64,000 nucleotides of DNA from Terracidiphilus sp. (GTDB lineage Bacteria; Acidobacteriota; Terriglobia; Terriglobales; Acidobacteriaceae), in assembly GCA_035606555.1 (NCBI GenBank), contig DATNFD010000044.1, forward strand, positions 756 through 64,755, in the 5' to 3' direction. The notes below the pieces were generated by a model. That model worked only from the letters and a program-made list of their open reading frames with translations, did no database searches and was not told the origin of the DNA. Positions within the stretch are counted from its first letter, which is position 1; every line of letters begins with the position of its first letter. Shown in pieces: positions 1 through 9,544 of the stretch. The translations under genes and the position numbers were made by a program.

Positions 1-757
1 CGGGGTAATTCCGCAGGCGTTGACGAGCGACCAGGATCTGACGGTGGAAGAGAACCTGATTATCTACGCGAAGCTCTACAGCGTGCCCCGGGTCGAGCGG
101 GAGAAGAATATCGCCGAGGTTCTGGAGGCTGTGGATCTGACGAAGTGGCGGGGTGCACAGACCAAGACGCTGTCAGGCGGTATGCGACGGCGGCTGGAGA
201 TTGCGCGCGGTCTGGTGCATGATCCGCGGATTTTCTTTCTGGATGAGCCGACGACGGGGCTGGATCCGGTGAGCCGCATTGCGGTGTGGGAGATGCTGAA
301 CAACCTGAAGAAGACGCGCAATCTGACGATGTTGTTGACGACGCACTACATGGAAGAGGCGGACAGGCTGTGCGATCGCATTGCGATCGTGGATCACGGA
401 AAGCTTGTAGCGCTGGGGACGCCTGTGGAACTGAAGCAGAGCGTACCGGGATCGAATGTGGTGGAGGTGCAGTTCAGTCGGGAGGATGAGGACTGGAAGT
501 CGCGGTTGAAGCAGTTGCGCGGCGTGACGGAAGTGGAGGCTCAGTCGGCGGGTGTGTACCGCGTGCTGACCTCGAACGGATCGCAGACGACGGCGCAACT
601 GGTGGAGATGACGAATGCGATGGGTGAGCAGCTACGGTCGCTGATGGTGCAGAACACGACGCTGGATGACGTGTTCGTTCATTACACGGGCAGGCAGTTG
701 CGCGACGAGACAGTGAAGGCCGTGTTCCAGATGCCGCCGCGGCCGGGAGCACACTGA
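1..757 (+). CDS. ABC transporter ATP-binding subunit (DrrA-like exporter), 5'-truncated by window edge
   Basis: LSGGM signature, Walker [12 protein letters not shown] and H-loop TTHY. Frame stays open to the window start (GVIPQ Q-loop); Walker A lies outside the window. Confidence 0.93.
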   Translation, partial: GVIPQALTSDQDLTVEENLIIYAKLYSVPRVEREKNIAEVLEAVDLTKWRGAQTKTLSGGMRRRLEIARGLVHDPRIFFLDEPTTGLDPVSRIAVWEMLNNLKKTRNLTMLLTTHYMEEADRLCDRIAIVDHGKLVALGTPVELKQSVPGSNVVEVQFSREDEDWKSRLKQLRGVTEVEAQSAGVYRVLTSNGSQTTAQLVEMTNAMGEQLRSLMVQNTTLDDVFVHYTGRQLRDETVKAVFQMPPRPGAH

Positions 758-1869
758 TGAACCGATTCATGGCAATTGTGGAACGCGAGATGCGGAAGTT
801 CTTCCGCTCGCCGGTGTTGATGATCATGTCGATGATGCTGCCGATTGTGCAACTGATCATTCTGGGTCATGCGTATGGCGGGCACATCCAGGGCGCGAAG
901 GTTGCGGTGGTGGATCATGATGGCGGGCCGCAGGCTGTGAAGGTGCGCGAGGCGTTCGACTCGGTAGCGGCAAACATTGCGACGTTCAAAACCGTGAACT
1001 ACGAGAACGAGACACAGGCGAAGGAGGATGTGCGGACGGGCAAGGTAGACGCGGCTGTGATTATTCCGGCGCAGTATTCGCGGCGGGTTTACGCACAGGA
1101 TGCACCGAGGCTGGGGCTGGTAGTGGATAACTCGGACCAGATCATGAGCGGGAGCATCGAGGGGGAGATGCAGTCGCTGGTGAATGCTCTGAATCAGCCG
1201 GTGATCGAGCAGCGTGTGGTGAAGAATATCGCGCTCGAAATTGTGGAACTGTATCCGTATGTCGAGTATATGAAGTATCTGTTGTCGGGATCGATTGCGC
1301 TTGCGATGTACATCTCGGTAATGATCGGCGGCGGGATGTTGTACATCGACGACAAGGCGCGTGGCGTGCATGAGGGATATCTGGTGACGCCGATCAGCAA
1401 GCTTGAACTGGTGATGGGGCTGAACGCTGCGGGCGCGATCAAGGCATTGCTTGCGGGGATTTCGATCACGGTGATTGGATCGCTGATGGCCGGGTTGGGA
1501 ACGATTTTCCGGCCGGGTGCGGATTTGGATTTGTTGTTGCTGATTCTGGGGACGTCACTGGCATTCAATGGAATGATGTTTCTGATGATGGTGCGGGTGG
1601 ACGATCCGCTGGTGCCGAGGGCGATGTTTGGTGTGCTGAATACCCTGTTGTTCTTTCCCTCGGGGGCGATTTCGCCAGTGGCGGCCTTTCCGAAATGGCT
1701 TCGCGGGATAGCGATCGTGGATCCATTTACGTATGCGATTCATGGGTTCAAGGCGATTCTGCTGAAGGACGGCGGGCTTGTGGCTATCCGGGGGGATTTG
1801 ATTTTTCTGTTTGCGTTCGGGATCGGAACGCTGCTGGTGGCGACGCCCTTGTTCAAGAGGACGCTGTAA
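757..1869 (+). CDS. ABC-2 type exporter permease
   Basis: Overlaps the upstream stop (TGATG). One N-terminal TM helix, a soluble domain (VAVVDHD...), five C-terminal TM helices and a DPFTYA motif. Confidence 0.92.
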   Translation: MNRFMAIVEREMRKFFRSPVLMIMSMMLPIVQLIILGHAYGGHIQGAKVAVVDHDGGPQAVKVREAFDSVAANIATFKTVNYENETQAKEDVRTGKVDAAVIIPAQYSRRVYAQDAPRLGLVVDNSDQIMSGSIEGEMQSLVNALNQPVIEQRVVKNIALEIVELYPYVEYMKYLLSGSIALAMYISVMIGGGMLYIDDKARGVHEGYLVTPISKLELVMGLNAAGAIKALLAGISITVIGSLMAGLGTIFRPGADLDLLLLILGTSLAFNGMMFLMMVRVDDPLVPRAMFGVLNTLLFFPSGAISPVAAFPKWLRGIAIVDPFTYAIHGFKAILLKDGGLVAIRGDLIFLFAFGIGTLLVATPLFKRTL

Positions 1870-1944
1870 AGAGAGTCATCAGTGGTTGGTGATCAGTGAT
1901 CCGAAAGGTTTCCGGCGGGCAAGGAGTTCAGTCCGGAATGCGGT

Positions 1945-1988
1945 GAGGCGGTCCACTCCTTGTGGGAGGGTGGGCCGCTTTGCTGTTT
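1945..1988 (+). terminator. Probable intrinsic terminator of the ABC operon
   Basis: GAGGCGGTCCACTCC...GGGTGGGCCGCTTT hairpin followed by a T-rich tail. Confidence 0.6.
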
Positions 1989-2281
1989 GTAGAGAACGGA
2001 GAACAGAGGTCACGGAGCAGAGTTCAGGGGTTCAACTGACGCTGAGAGCCGTTCGCTGAGTCAATTCAGGAGTTGCTTTGGAGGAGTTTGGAGACGGACT
2101 CGAGGCCTTTGCCTGGACTTCGATGCAGATGAAGTGCTCGCAGACGGCTGCACGGATATTGGGAAGGGGGTGGGTTCCCGAATGCGGATTCTCTACACAG
2201 AAAGTACCGTTACCCTCCACTCTCGTGGGAATCGAAGATGGTGTTGATGTGGGGTAAGATCGCTCGAAAGGGACCACCTGC

Positions 2282-2848
2282 ATGAGCGCTCACACTGCCG
2301 CAGCACCAACCAGTACCTCTGATGCGATTGCCCGGCGCATAGCCGAGGTGACGAAGCCTGAACCATCTGGGATGGAGAAGCCGGAGAAGAAGGTTCCCCT
2401 TACGTGGGAAGAAGAGGAGCTTTCGTTTTATGAGCCGAAGAGGTCGGTTGCGGTTGAAGTGAAACGGAAAGCTGATGCGCGGGCGGCTTTGCTGCTGCGG
2501 CAGCTTCCACACCAGTGGAATGCGCTTCGCGAGGTGATCGCGATTCGTTGTGAGAGCGTCAACACGAAGGCTGGGCGGGTTGTTCTGCGTCCGGCGGCCC
2601 CGAGCCAGGACCGAATGGAAGTTCGGCGCGAGGACGACCAGGCTATCTCGCTGCAGTTCGACGCCGAGAAGAAGAAGGTGACTTTCAGCGGCAAGGCGCT
2701 GGGCTTCGATCGTGAGTATGAACTGATTGTGGTGACACGGGATGAGGTGGATTCGACCGCGTGGTTTTCGTCGACGACACTGACGACGGACCAGACAGAT
2801 GATCTGTCGAAGGCGATGATCTCGGTGCTGATGCGGTTTGAGCAGTAG
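2282..2848 (+). CDS. Hypothetical protein (188 aa)
   Basis: Long ORF with typical codon usage and a purine-rich SD-like sequence (AAAGGGA) upstream. No recognisable motif. Confidence 0.75.
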   Translation: MSAHTAAAPTSTSDAIARRIAEVTKPEPSGMEKPEKKVPLTWEEEELSFYEPKRSVAVEVKRKADARAALLLRQLPHQWNALREVIAIRCESVNTKAGRVVLRPAAPSQDRMEVRREDDQAISLQFDAEKKKVTFSGKALGFDREYELIVVTRDEVDSTAWFSSTTLTTDQTDDLSKAMISVLMRFEQ

Positions 2849-2923
2849 GATGTTGCACCAGCTTTCACCTTCGCGGCCCTACCGCCTACAATGAGGTCTG
2901 AACTTAACTACGAGGACCTCTCA

Positions 2924-3106
2924 ATGCCGCTCTCTGGTGAAGCAATCCGATTGATGAATTACATCGATGACGTCGCGGTGACCCTGCGACGAATTCTTGC
3001 TCTTGTGCCAACGCTGACTGCCGAGGAGCGGGCGCGGATTGCTGAGCATCTCGGGCACTCCAAGCCGAATGCGGAAGACGTGGCGAAGGCCCTCACAGCG
3101 AAATAG
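2924..3106 (+). CDS. Small helical hypothetical protein (60 aa)
   Basis: GAGGA RBS at 2912-2916 favours ATG 2924 over 2891. Ends 8 nt before the next gene. Confidence 0.7.
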   Translation: MPLSGEAIRLMNYIDDVAVTLRRILALVPTLTAEERARIAEHLGHSKPNAEDVAKALTAK

Positions 3107-3114
3107 ATCAGCGA

Positions 3115-3648
3115 ATGCAAGTTGCGATAATTGGAGCCGGTCCGCTGGGCCGACAGCTCGCTCTGGCGGCAGCCCGGGTGGGCTACGAGGTGCTGCTGGA
3201 AGACGTGATGCCTTCGAATCTGCATCATGCGCAGGAGTATCTGCGACAGGAGCTGGGGCCGGCGGCGCTGCCCAAGGTGCGCTTCGTCTCGACGATTGAA
3301 GAAGCCGTGCGCGAGGCGGACCTGGCGATTGATTGCGTTCCGGATGAACTGGAATCAAAGCTGGAGATTTTTTCTCTGCTCGATCGGATGGCTCCGCCGA
3401 AGACGGTGCTGATGTCGCCGATGAAGAACACGTCGATTGCGGACCTGGCCTCTTGCACGTATCGCGCGGAGAAGTGCGTGGCGGTGGTGGCGGATGCCAA
3501 GGAGCTTGCTGATCCCTCGCTGCGCGACGTCGAGGTGCGAACGCCGGAGCAGGTCGCGGATGAGACTGTGAGGCTGGTGCGGGGATTCTGGGAAGGACTG
3601 CAGTTTGCCGTCAGGGTCACTGTTGATGGGGCTGCGCTCGGGGGATAG
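3115..3648 (+). CDS. 3-hydroxyacyl-CoA dehydrogenase NAD-binding-domain protein (no C-terminal domain)
   Basis: GAGPLG Rossmann motif and ADLAIDCVPDELESKLEIF, similar to the 3HCDH_N consensus. Confidence 0.8.
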   Translation: MQVAIIGAGPLGRQLALAAARVGYEVLLEDVMPSNLHHAQEYLRQELGPAALPKVRFVSTIEEAVREADLAIDCVPDELESKLEIFSLLDRMAPPKTVLMSPMKNTSIADLASCTYRAEKCVAVVADAKELADPSLRDVEVRTPEQVADETVRLVRGFWEGLQFAVRVTVDGAALGG

Positions 3649-3817
3649 AGCCGGTTCTAATCGTTGCTGCTCGTCGCGCCCGCTTGAACTAGCTCACTTC
3701 AAATATCTGTTTTGTGCCAGGGACTGATGCGGCCGTTCGCGATCCGGCAGGATGCGATCTCATCTGAGGATCCGCTGAAGCCTGGATTCGGATTTTGAGC
3801 GTTATTAGGAAGGCTAA

Positions 3818-3854
3818 GTAGACAATCTACCTCCATTGGGAGTAGAGTGCCTAC
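3818..3854. promoter_or_regulatory. Putative PadR operators (GTAGA-CAA-TCTAC at 3818-3830; imperfect GTAGA-GTG-CCTAC at 3842-3854)
   Basis: Inverted repeats directly upstream of padR. The same geometry recurs at 19821 and 32628. Confidence 0.6.
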
Positions 3855-3858
3855 ATCT

Positions 3859-4224
3859 ATGAGCGAGAAGGACCAGTACAAGAACCGGATTGAGCTGTTG
3901 CAGGGAACACTCGACATGCTCATTCTTCAAACGCTGCAATGGGGTCCGCAGCATGGATATGGAGTTGTCCAGGCGTTGCGTTTGCGATCTGGAGATGTGC
4001 TTCAGGTGGAGACTGGATCACTGTATCCGGCTCTCCATCGATTGGAGCGCCAGGGCTGGGTGCAGTCTGAATGGAAGCAATCAGAGAGCAAGCAAAGAGC
4101 TCGATATTACCGAATCACCGCCAAAGGGAAGAAGCAGCTGGCATCGGATCTGGGCCGATGGGAGCGGATTGTCGAAGCGATTGGGTTGGTGATGTACGTG
4201 AAGCCGGAGGAGAGTGAGTCATGA
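3859..4224 (+). CDS. PadR-family transcriptional regulator (acidobacterial, ADOP-associated)
   Basis: LLQGTLDMLIL...HGYG...GSLYPALHRLE...ARYYRIT. ATGA overlap with the ADOP gene. Start could instead be GTG 3847. Confidence 0.93.
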   Translation: MSEKDQYKNRIELLQGTLDMLILQTLQWGPQHGYGVVQALRLRSGDVLQVETGSLYPALHRLERQGWVQSEWKQSESKQRARYYRITAKGKKQLASDLGRWERIVEAIGLVMYVKPEESES

Positions 4225-6857
4225 AGTGGTTCCCGAGCTTCGGTTCTCAGCGGCGCAAGCGTGAATTGCAGGAAGAGATCGATGCGCACCTGCAGATGGC
4301 AATTGCAGATCGGATGTCGCGAGGCGAGACAAAAGAGACGGCGCGACAGGCGGCGACGCGCGAGTTTGGAAATGTCCTCCTGGTGCAGGACGTGACGCGC
4401 GACATGTGGGGCCAGGCTTGGCTTGAACAACTAGGCCGGGATGTCCGTTTTGCCTTGCGGCAACTGCGCAAGAGTCCCGGTTTCACGATCACGGCGACGG
4501 CGATGCTGGCCGTAGCTATCTGCGCCAACAGCACCGTATTCAGCTGGATTGACGGCACAATGCTGCGTCCGATTCCTGGCGCGCGGGACACGGGCGAGCT
4601 TGTGAGCCTGCAGCGTGGGGAACGGAACTTCTCACCGACTCCGCCTTTCTCATATCTCGACTATCGCGATCTTCGCGAGCAGAACCACACCCTTGCCGGA
4701 ATGCTTGCCTATCATCACGACTGGATCACTCTGACTGGCGGCGCACAGCCGGAGCGCGCCTATATTGCGAACGTGACGGCGAATTATTTCGATGTGCTCG
4801 GCATCAAGCCGGTGCTGGGACGATTCTTTCTGCCTGAAGAAGAGACGCGTCCAGATGCCGTGCCCAACGTGATCCTGGCTTATTCGCTTTGGAAGACGCG
4901 TTTTGCCGCAGACCCGGCGATTGTGGGCAAGTCGATCGAGCTCGCCCGGCATCCTGTGACGGTGATCGGTGTGGCGCCGGAGGGGTTTGTGGGAGCAATG
5001 CCCGGCCTGCGTGACGATCTGTGGGTGACGCTCGATCCTCTCGGGACGGATGCGTGGCGGATGACGCATCGCAGTGGTGGCGCGGTCTGGCTGAACGTAA
5101 TCGGAAGATTGCGGCCCGGCGTGAGCCGTGAGCGGGCGACCCTTGATCTCGACACCGTGATGCACCGTATCGTCGCGGCGTTTCCAGACGATCATCTGGG
5201 CGAGAACCGAATCTCGCTCGATCCTATGTGGCGCTCGCCATTTGGCGCCAACGGATTCATGGCGGCCACGCTGCCCATTCTGCTCGCCTTCTCCGGTTTG
5301 GTGCTGTTGCTGACCTGCGCGAACGTGGCGACGCTTACGCTGGTGCGGTTTGTAGCCCGGCGGCGTGAGCTTGCAATCCGGCAGTCGCTCGGGGCCAGTC
5401 AGATCCAACTGATACGGCAGATGGTGCTTGAGGGCGTGGTTCTTTCCCTTGTCGCAGGAGCGCTGGCCCTTGTATTGACATCCTGGACTTCGAAGACATT
5501 CGCATGGTTCTTTCGAGCGAGCGCGGGTCCCACTACCCTGAACGGAAGCATGGACCACAACGTGGTCATCGGGATTGCAGTGTTTTCTCTATTGGCCGGC
5601 ATGCTATGCGGCGCGCTCCCCGCCTGGCGATCTTCCCATGCGCCGGCCCTTGAGGTGCTCAAGGCAGAGTCTGCCAGTATCTCCGGCGGCTCACGCAACC
5701 GCAGATTGCTCAGCGCGCTGGTGGTGTCCCAGATCGCGCTGTCCCTTCCGCTGCTGTTGTGCTCTGCGCTCTTTCTGCGAACCTTGCGGAATCTCGCGAA
5801 TGCGGATCCGGGATTTGAGCAGGACCACATTCTCACTGCGTCTGTAGGAACGAATATCGTCGGCTACAGCCGCGACCAAGAGCGCGTGGTCCGTCACAAG
5901 ATACTTGACCGCGTGTCGGCATTGCCCGGCGTAGAAATGGCGTCTTTCACCGACTGGGTTCCGATGACCCTGAGCCACAAGGGCGACGATGCGTATCCGG
6001 AGGGGTATGTGCCGCACCCGCATGAAGCTTTGCAGGTGTACCACGCCGAGGTGTCCGCGCAGTACTTCGAATCCCTGCATATACCCATTCTGGAAGGACG
6101 CGAGTTTACGCCGAATGACGATGAAAAGGCCCCACAAGTACTCATCGTCGATCAAACCGCCGCGAAGCGCTACTGGCCAGGACAGGATCCGCTGGGAAAG
6201 AAACTCATGGTGTGGGGCCGCCCTTTTACGGTTGTTGGCGTCGCGAAAAATTCCACGCATATGTTAATGAACGAGCTTCCCGAGCCCATGGTATATATGA
6301 GCTTTTTCCAGGCGGGGTACGAGACCATCGTGCAGGTGAAGACCGAGGGAAATCCGGCCTACCTTGCGCCCGCGGTGGAGCACGCCATTCATGAAATCGA
6401 TACACGGATGCCGGTTTTCGACGTGCGCCCTATGCGAGAGAGCACCCAGTTGGCGAGCAGCTTCGCCGTCGTACAAAGCGCCCTGGCGGGGGTGTTCGCG
6501 CTTATCGGGCTGGTGCTTGCGGTCACCGGAATCTACGGAGTCGTGGCCTACCGCACCCAGATGCGGACCCACGAGATCGGAGTGCGAATGGCTTTGGGTG
6601 CTTCACGTGTGGACGTGCTGAAGCTCGTGCTGATGCAAGGATTATGGCTCACAGGCATCGGGTTGGCTGTGGGACTGGCGTTTGCGTTGGGACTGACACG
6701 TCTTATTACCCGGCTGTTGTACGGAATCGGCGCCAACGATCCCATGACCGTTGCTTCCGTGGTGATGCTCCTGGGAACAATGTCCTTGGCAGCGTGCTAC
6801 TTTCCGGCACACCGAGCGATGCGCCGAAACCCTGTGACTGCCATTCGCGAACTGTAA
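4221..6857 (+). CDS. ADOP-family duplicated ABC permease (MacB/FtsX x2)
   Basis: Permease prefix (ELQEEIDAHL...AATREFGN), DVRFALRQLRKSPGF, LLLTCANVA, RTHEIGVRMALGA and C-terminal NPVTAIRE. No ATPase gene alongside. Confidence 0.93.
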   Translation: MKWFPSFGSQRRKRELQEEIDAHLQMAIADRMSRGETKETARQAATREFGNVLLVQDVTRDMWGQAWLEQLGRDVRFALRQLRKSPGFTITATAMLAVAICANSTVFSWIDGTMLRPIPGARDTGELVSLQRGERNFSPTPPFSYLDYRDLREQNHTLAGMLAYHHDWITLTGGAQPERAYIANVTANYFDVLGIKPVLGRFFLPEEETRPDAVPNVILAYSLWKTRFAADPAIVGKSIELARHPVTVIGVAPEGFVGAMPGLRDDLWVTLDPLGTDAWRMTHRSGGAVWLNVIGRLRPGVSRERATLDLDTVMHRIVAAFPDDHLGENRISLDPMWRSPFGANGFMAATLPILLAFSGLVLLLTCANVATLTLVRFVARRRELAIRQSLGASQIQLIRQMVLEGVVLSLVAGALALVLTSWTSKTFAWFFRASAGPTTLNGSMDHNVVIGIAVFSLLAGMLCGALPAWRSSHAPALEVLKAESASISGGSRNRRLLSALVVSQIALSLPLLLCSALFLRTLRNLANADPGFEQDHILTASVGTNIVGYSRDQERVVRHKILDRVSALPGVEMASFTDWVPMTLSHKGDDAYPEGYVPHPHEALQVYHAEVSAQYFESLHIPILEGREFTPNDDEKAPQVLIVDQTAAKRYWPGQDPLGKKLMVWGRPFTVVGVAKNSTHMLMNELPEPMVYMSFFQAGYETIVQVKTEGNPAYLAPAVEHAIHEIDTRMPVFDVRPMRESTQLASSFAVVQSALAGVFALIGLVLAVTGIYGVVAYRTQMRTHEIGVRMALGASRVDVLKLVLMQGLWLTGIGLAVGLAFALGLTRLITRLLYGIGANDPMTVASVVMLLGTMSLAACYFPAHRAMRRNPVTAIREL

Positions 6858-7067
6858 GCCGCAGCTCGGACTCAACGCGATTGAACGGATTCGGAGTATG
6901 CGTGGCGCTCCACCTCGCTGCAAGATGGGTAACCGGATTCCACCGGCCATGAACCAATCTCTGCAAGTGGATCTTCGTTGTGCGTTGACGTGGACAGAGC
7001 AAGTCACTCGTGACGGAGGAGCGGAAAGAGGCTCACGAGCCTTGCTTGGTGTGCGCTGAGCCGGCTT

Positions 7068-8207
7068 TCAGCCGGCCAGGATTTGCTCGTAGTACTTTAC
7101 GTATTTGGGAATTACGAGGGAAGCGCAGAAGCGCTTCTGAGCGTCTTTGCGGGCGGCTTCACGCATAGCGTCGAGGCGGGAGCGGTTTTTCAGGAGAGAC
7201 ACAGCGCCGGCAGCCATGCCTTCGATGTCCCCGACTGGGTAGAGCAGGCCGGTAATGCCGTCTTCGATGAGTTCCGGAACACCACCGACAAGGGTGGCGA
7301 TGGCAGGGACTTTGCAGGCCATGGCCTCAAGTGCGGCGAGGCCGAAGGACTCCAGGGAACTGGGCATGACCATGAGGTCGGCGAGAGGGAGCAACTCGTT
7401 GACGCGCTCCTGCTTGCCCAGGAAGTGAATTCGGTGATTAATTTTGAGGTCGTGCGCGAGCCACTCGGCTGCGGAGCGGTCCGGGCCATCTCCAACGAGA
7501 ATGAGCTGCGAGGGGACTTCCTGAACTACTTGAGCGAACACCTTAACGACATCGACGACGCGCTTGACGGGGCGGAAGTTGGAGAGGTGGATGAAGACGG
7601 CTTCATCGGGCTGGGCGAATTTGGAACGCGCGCGGGTGCGAAGCTCATCTTCGGCAATCGGTGTGTAGACGTCGCAGTTGACGAAGTTGGGAATGACCTC
7701 GATGGGGCGGGAGATTTCGAAGTCTGTGACGGTCTTGTCCCTTAGATAGCTGGAGATGCTGGTGACCCCATCGCTCTCCTGGATGGAATAGCGAGTGATG
7801 GGGAGATAGCTGCGATCCAAGCCGACAAGCGTGATGTCGGTGCCATGAAGCGTGGTGACGAATGGGAGCTTACGTCCGCGGGAAGCCAGCATCTGGCGGG
7901 CGAGGAGCGCACTGACCGAGTGGGGGATTGCGTAGTGGACGTGGAGGAGGTCGAGGTTGCAGAACTCGGCGACTTCAGCCATGCGGGAAGCAAGAGCGAG
8001 ATCGTATGGCGGGAACTCAAACAGCGGATAACTGGAGACGGGCACCTCGTGATAAAAGATGCCGTCATCACGCCCAGTGAGGCGGAAGGGTTGCGAGTAG
8101 GAGATGAAATGTACTTCGTGACCGGCAGCGGCGAGTTCGATGCCGAGCTCGGTCGCGACTACTCCGGAGCCGCCGTAAGTGGGATAGCAGGTGATGCCGA
8201 TGCGCAT
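7068..8207 (-). CDS. bshA: N-acetyl-alpha-D-glucosaminyl L-malate synthase (bacillithiol biosynthesis, GT4)
   Basis: [50 protein letters not shown] and [11 protein letters not shown]. Confidence 0.96.
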   Translation of the reverse strand: MRIGITCYPTYGGSGVVATELGIELAAAGHEVHFISYSQPFRLTGRDDGIFYHEVPVSSYPLFEFPPYDLALASRMAEVAEFCNLDLLHVHYAIPHSVSALLARQMLASRGRKLPFVTTLHGTDITLVGLDRSYLPITRYSIQESDGVTSISSYLRDKTVTDFEISRPIEVIPNFVNCDVYTPIAEDELRTRARSKFAQPDEAVFIHLSNFRPVKRVVDVVKVFAQVVQEVPSQLILVGDGPDRSAAEWLAHDLKINHRIHFLGKQERVNELLPLADLMVMPSSLESFGLAALEAMACKVPAIATLVGGVPELIEDGITGLLYPVGDIEGMAAGAVSLLKNRSRLDAMREAARKDAQKRFCASLVIPKYVKYYEQILAG

Positions 8208-8594
8208 TGCGCCGCCCTTGCTTGAATCATTGTTGTGTCGAGACGACCATAAATTGGCCGACTGTCCATTTTAGGAGTTGGCTTCAAGAGCTTTGGATTC
8301 GCAGGTCGAATAAAAGACGCGAAAAGACAGCAAAGCATGACTCAAATCCGTGTACTTCAGGACTACAGAAGAAATCCCGATCACCACGAGTCTAATTGGC
8401 CTGGGCGAAAACCGGATCGGCAACTGAAATCCATCTCATACCTTCGAAGGGCGGAACCCCGTCGGTCTACAGGAGAGGCGGCATTCAGTACTTTTTTCAG
8501 TCTATGTCTCCGGCTCTCGACAGGCTTCCGTCTATTTCAGCGCGGTTGCGTCGGCGCGCTTACAATGTCCTCGCAGCCGTATAAGGAGAAACGC

Positions 8595-9458
8595 GTGCAG
8601 ACTATCTCAAGGAGAACATTTGTAAAGCAGGCCGGGATGTGTGTTGCCGTCGGAGAACTCCTCTGGTCGGGAGAGAAGATGGCTTATGCGAACCCTCTGG
8701 GACTTCCTATCGGATGTCAGACCTGGCCGGTGCGCAGCATGATTGCAAGGGATTTCCCGGGAACCCTCAAGCAGTTGGCTGCGGCCGGCTTCAAGAGCAT
8801 CGAGATGTGCTCACCAATAGGGTATGCCGACTCGGGGTTCGGCGGTCTGAGGAAGCAGAGCGGAAGAGAATTGAGATCCATCATTGAGGATGCGGGTCTG
8901 ATTTGCGTGAGCAGTCATTTTTCGCTCGATGAATTGCGTAAGGACCAGGACGGGCGCATTTCGTGGGCCAAAGACATGGGGATAACGCAGATGCTCGTGG
9001 CCAGCCTCGGCGGTCCGAAGAATCCCACCATGGATGATGTAAAGCGCACTGCATCGGAATACGAGAAGATCGGCGAACATGCGGCGGCGGCTGGCATTGT
9101 GCAGGGACTTCACAACGAGGATTTCGAATGCACTACCGTGGACGGCCAGCGGACTTACGACCTGCTGTTCAAGCTTCTCGATCCAAAAGCCGTGCAGTTC
9201 CAATTCCAGGTATCGACGATCGCCGAAGGATTTGACGCGGCGGAATATTTTGCGAAGTATCCCGGCCGATTCATCTCCATGCACGTGCAGGGATGGTCGG
9301 CGAAAAAGCGCTCCATCGTACCGGTGGGCCAGGGCACTCTCGACTGGAAGAAGATTTTTGCGACTGCGAAGACAGGAGGCATCAAGAACTACTTCGTCGA
9401 AATGGACCTGCCTTTGATGAAAGCGTCCGTGCCATATCTTCAGCAGCTTCAGGTTTGA
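8595..9458 (+). CDS. Tat-exported sugar phosphate isomerase/epimerase-family (xylose isomerase-like TIM barrel) protein
   Basis: AAGGAG RBS before GTG 8595 (the ORF-track start 8337 is too long). SRRTFVK twin-arginine motif; GLHNEDFE, SMHVQG, VPVGQGTLDWKKI and YFVEMD. Confidence 0.85.
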   Translation: MQTISRRTFVKQAGMCVAVGELLWSGEKMAYANPLGLPIGCQTWPVRSMIARDFPGTLKQLAAAGFKSIEMCSPIGYADSGFGGLRKQSGRELRSIIEDAGLICVSSHFSLDELRKDQDGRISWAKDMGITQMLVASLGGPKNPTMDDVKRTASEYEKIGEHAAAAGIVQGLHNEDFECTTVDGQRTYDLLFKLLDPKAVQFQFQVSTIAEGFDAAEYFAKYPGRFISMHVQGWSAKKRSIVPVGQGTLDWKKIFATAKTGGIKNYFVEMDLPLMKASVPYLQQLQV

Positions 9459-9544
9459 CAGATTATATAATCGGGCCGTTTTGGGGAGCCCCTAGGACCG
9501 TGTCCGTTGTAATGCGATGAGCAGCAGAAAGGGTCATACTTACG

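Noticed and set aside
7083-7745. Long antisense/alternate-frame ORFs (also 682-1371, 4650-5558, 18274-19824, 39894-40949, 48508-49737, 56665-57165, 57209-57814)
   Set aside because: They shadow well-supported genes in high-GC DNA and contain no recognisable motifs.
8337-8594. N-terminal extensions in the ORF track (also 32233-32376, 35378-35497, 46549-46653, 57698-57829, 58740-59168)
   Set aside because: They overlap neighbouring genes or promoters; RBS, -10 and family N-termini support the shorter starts.
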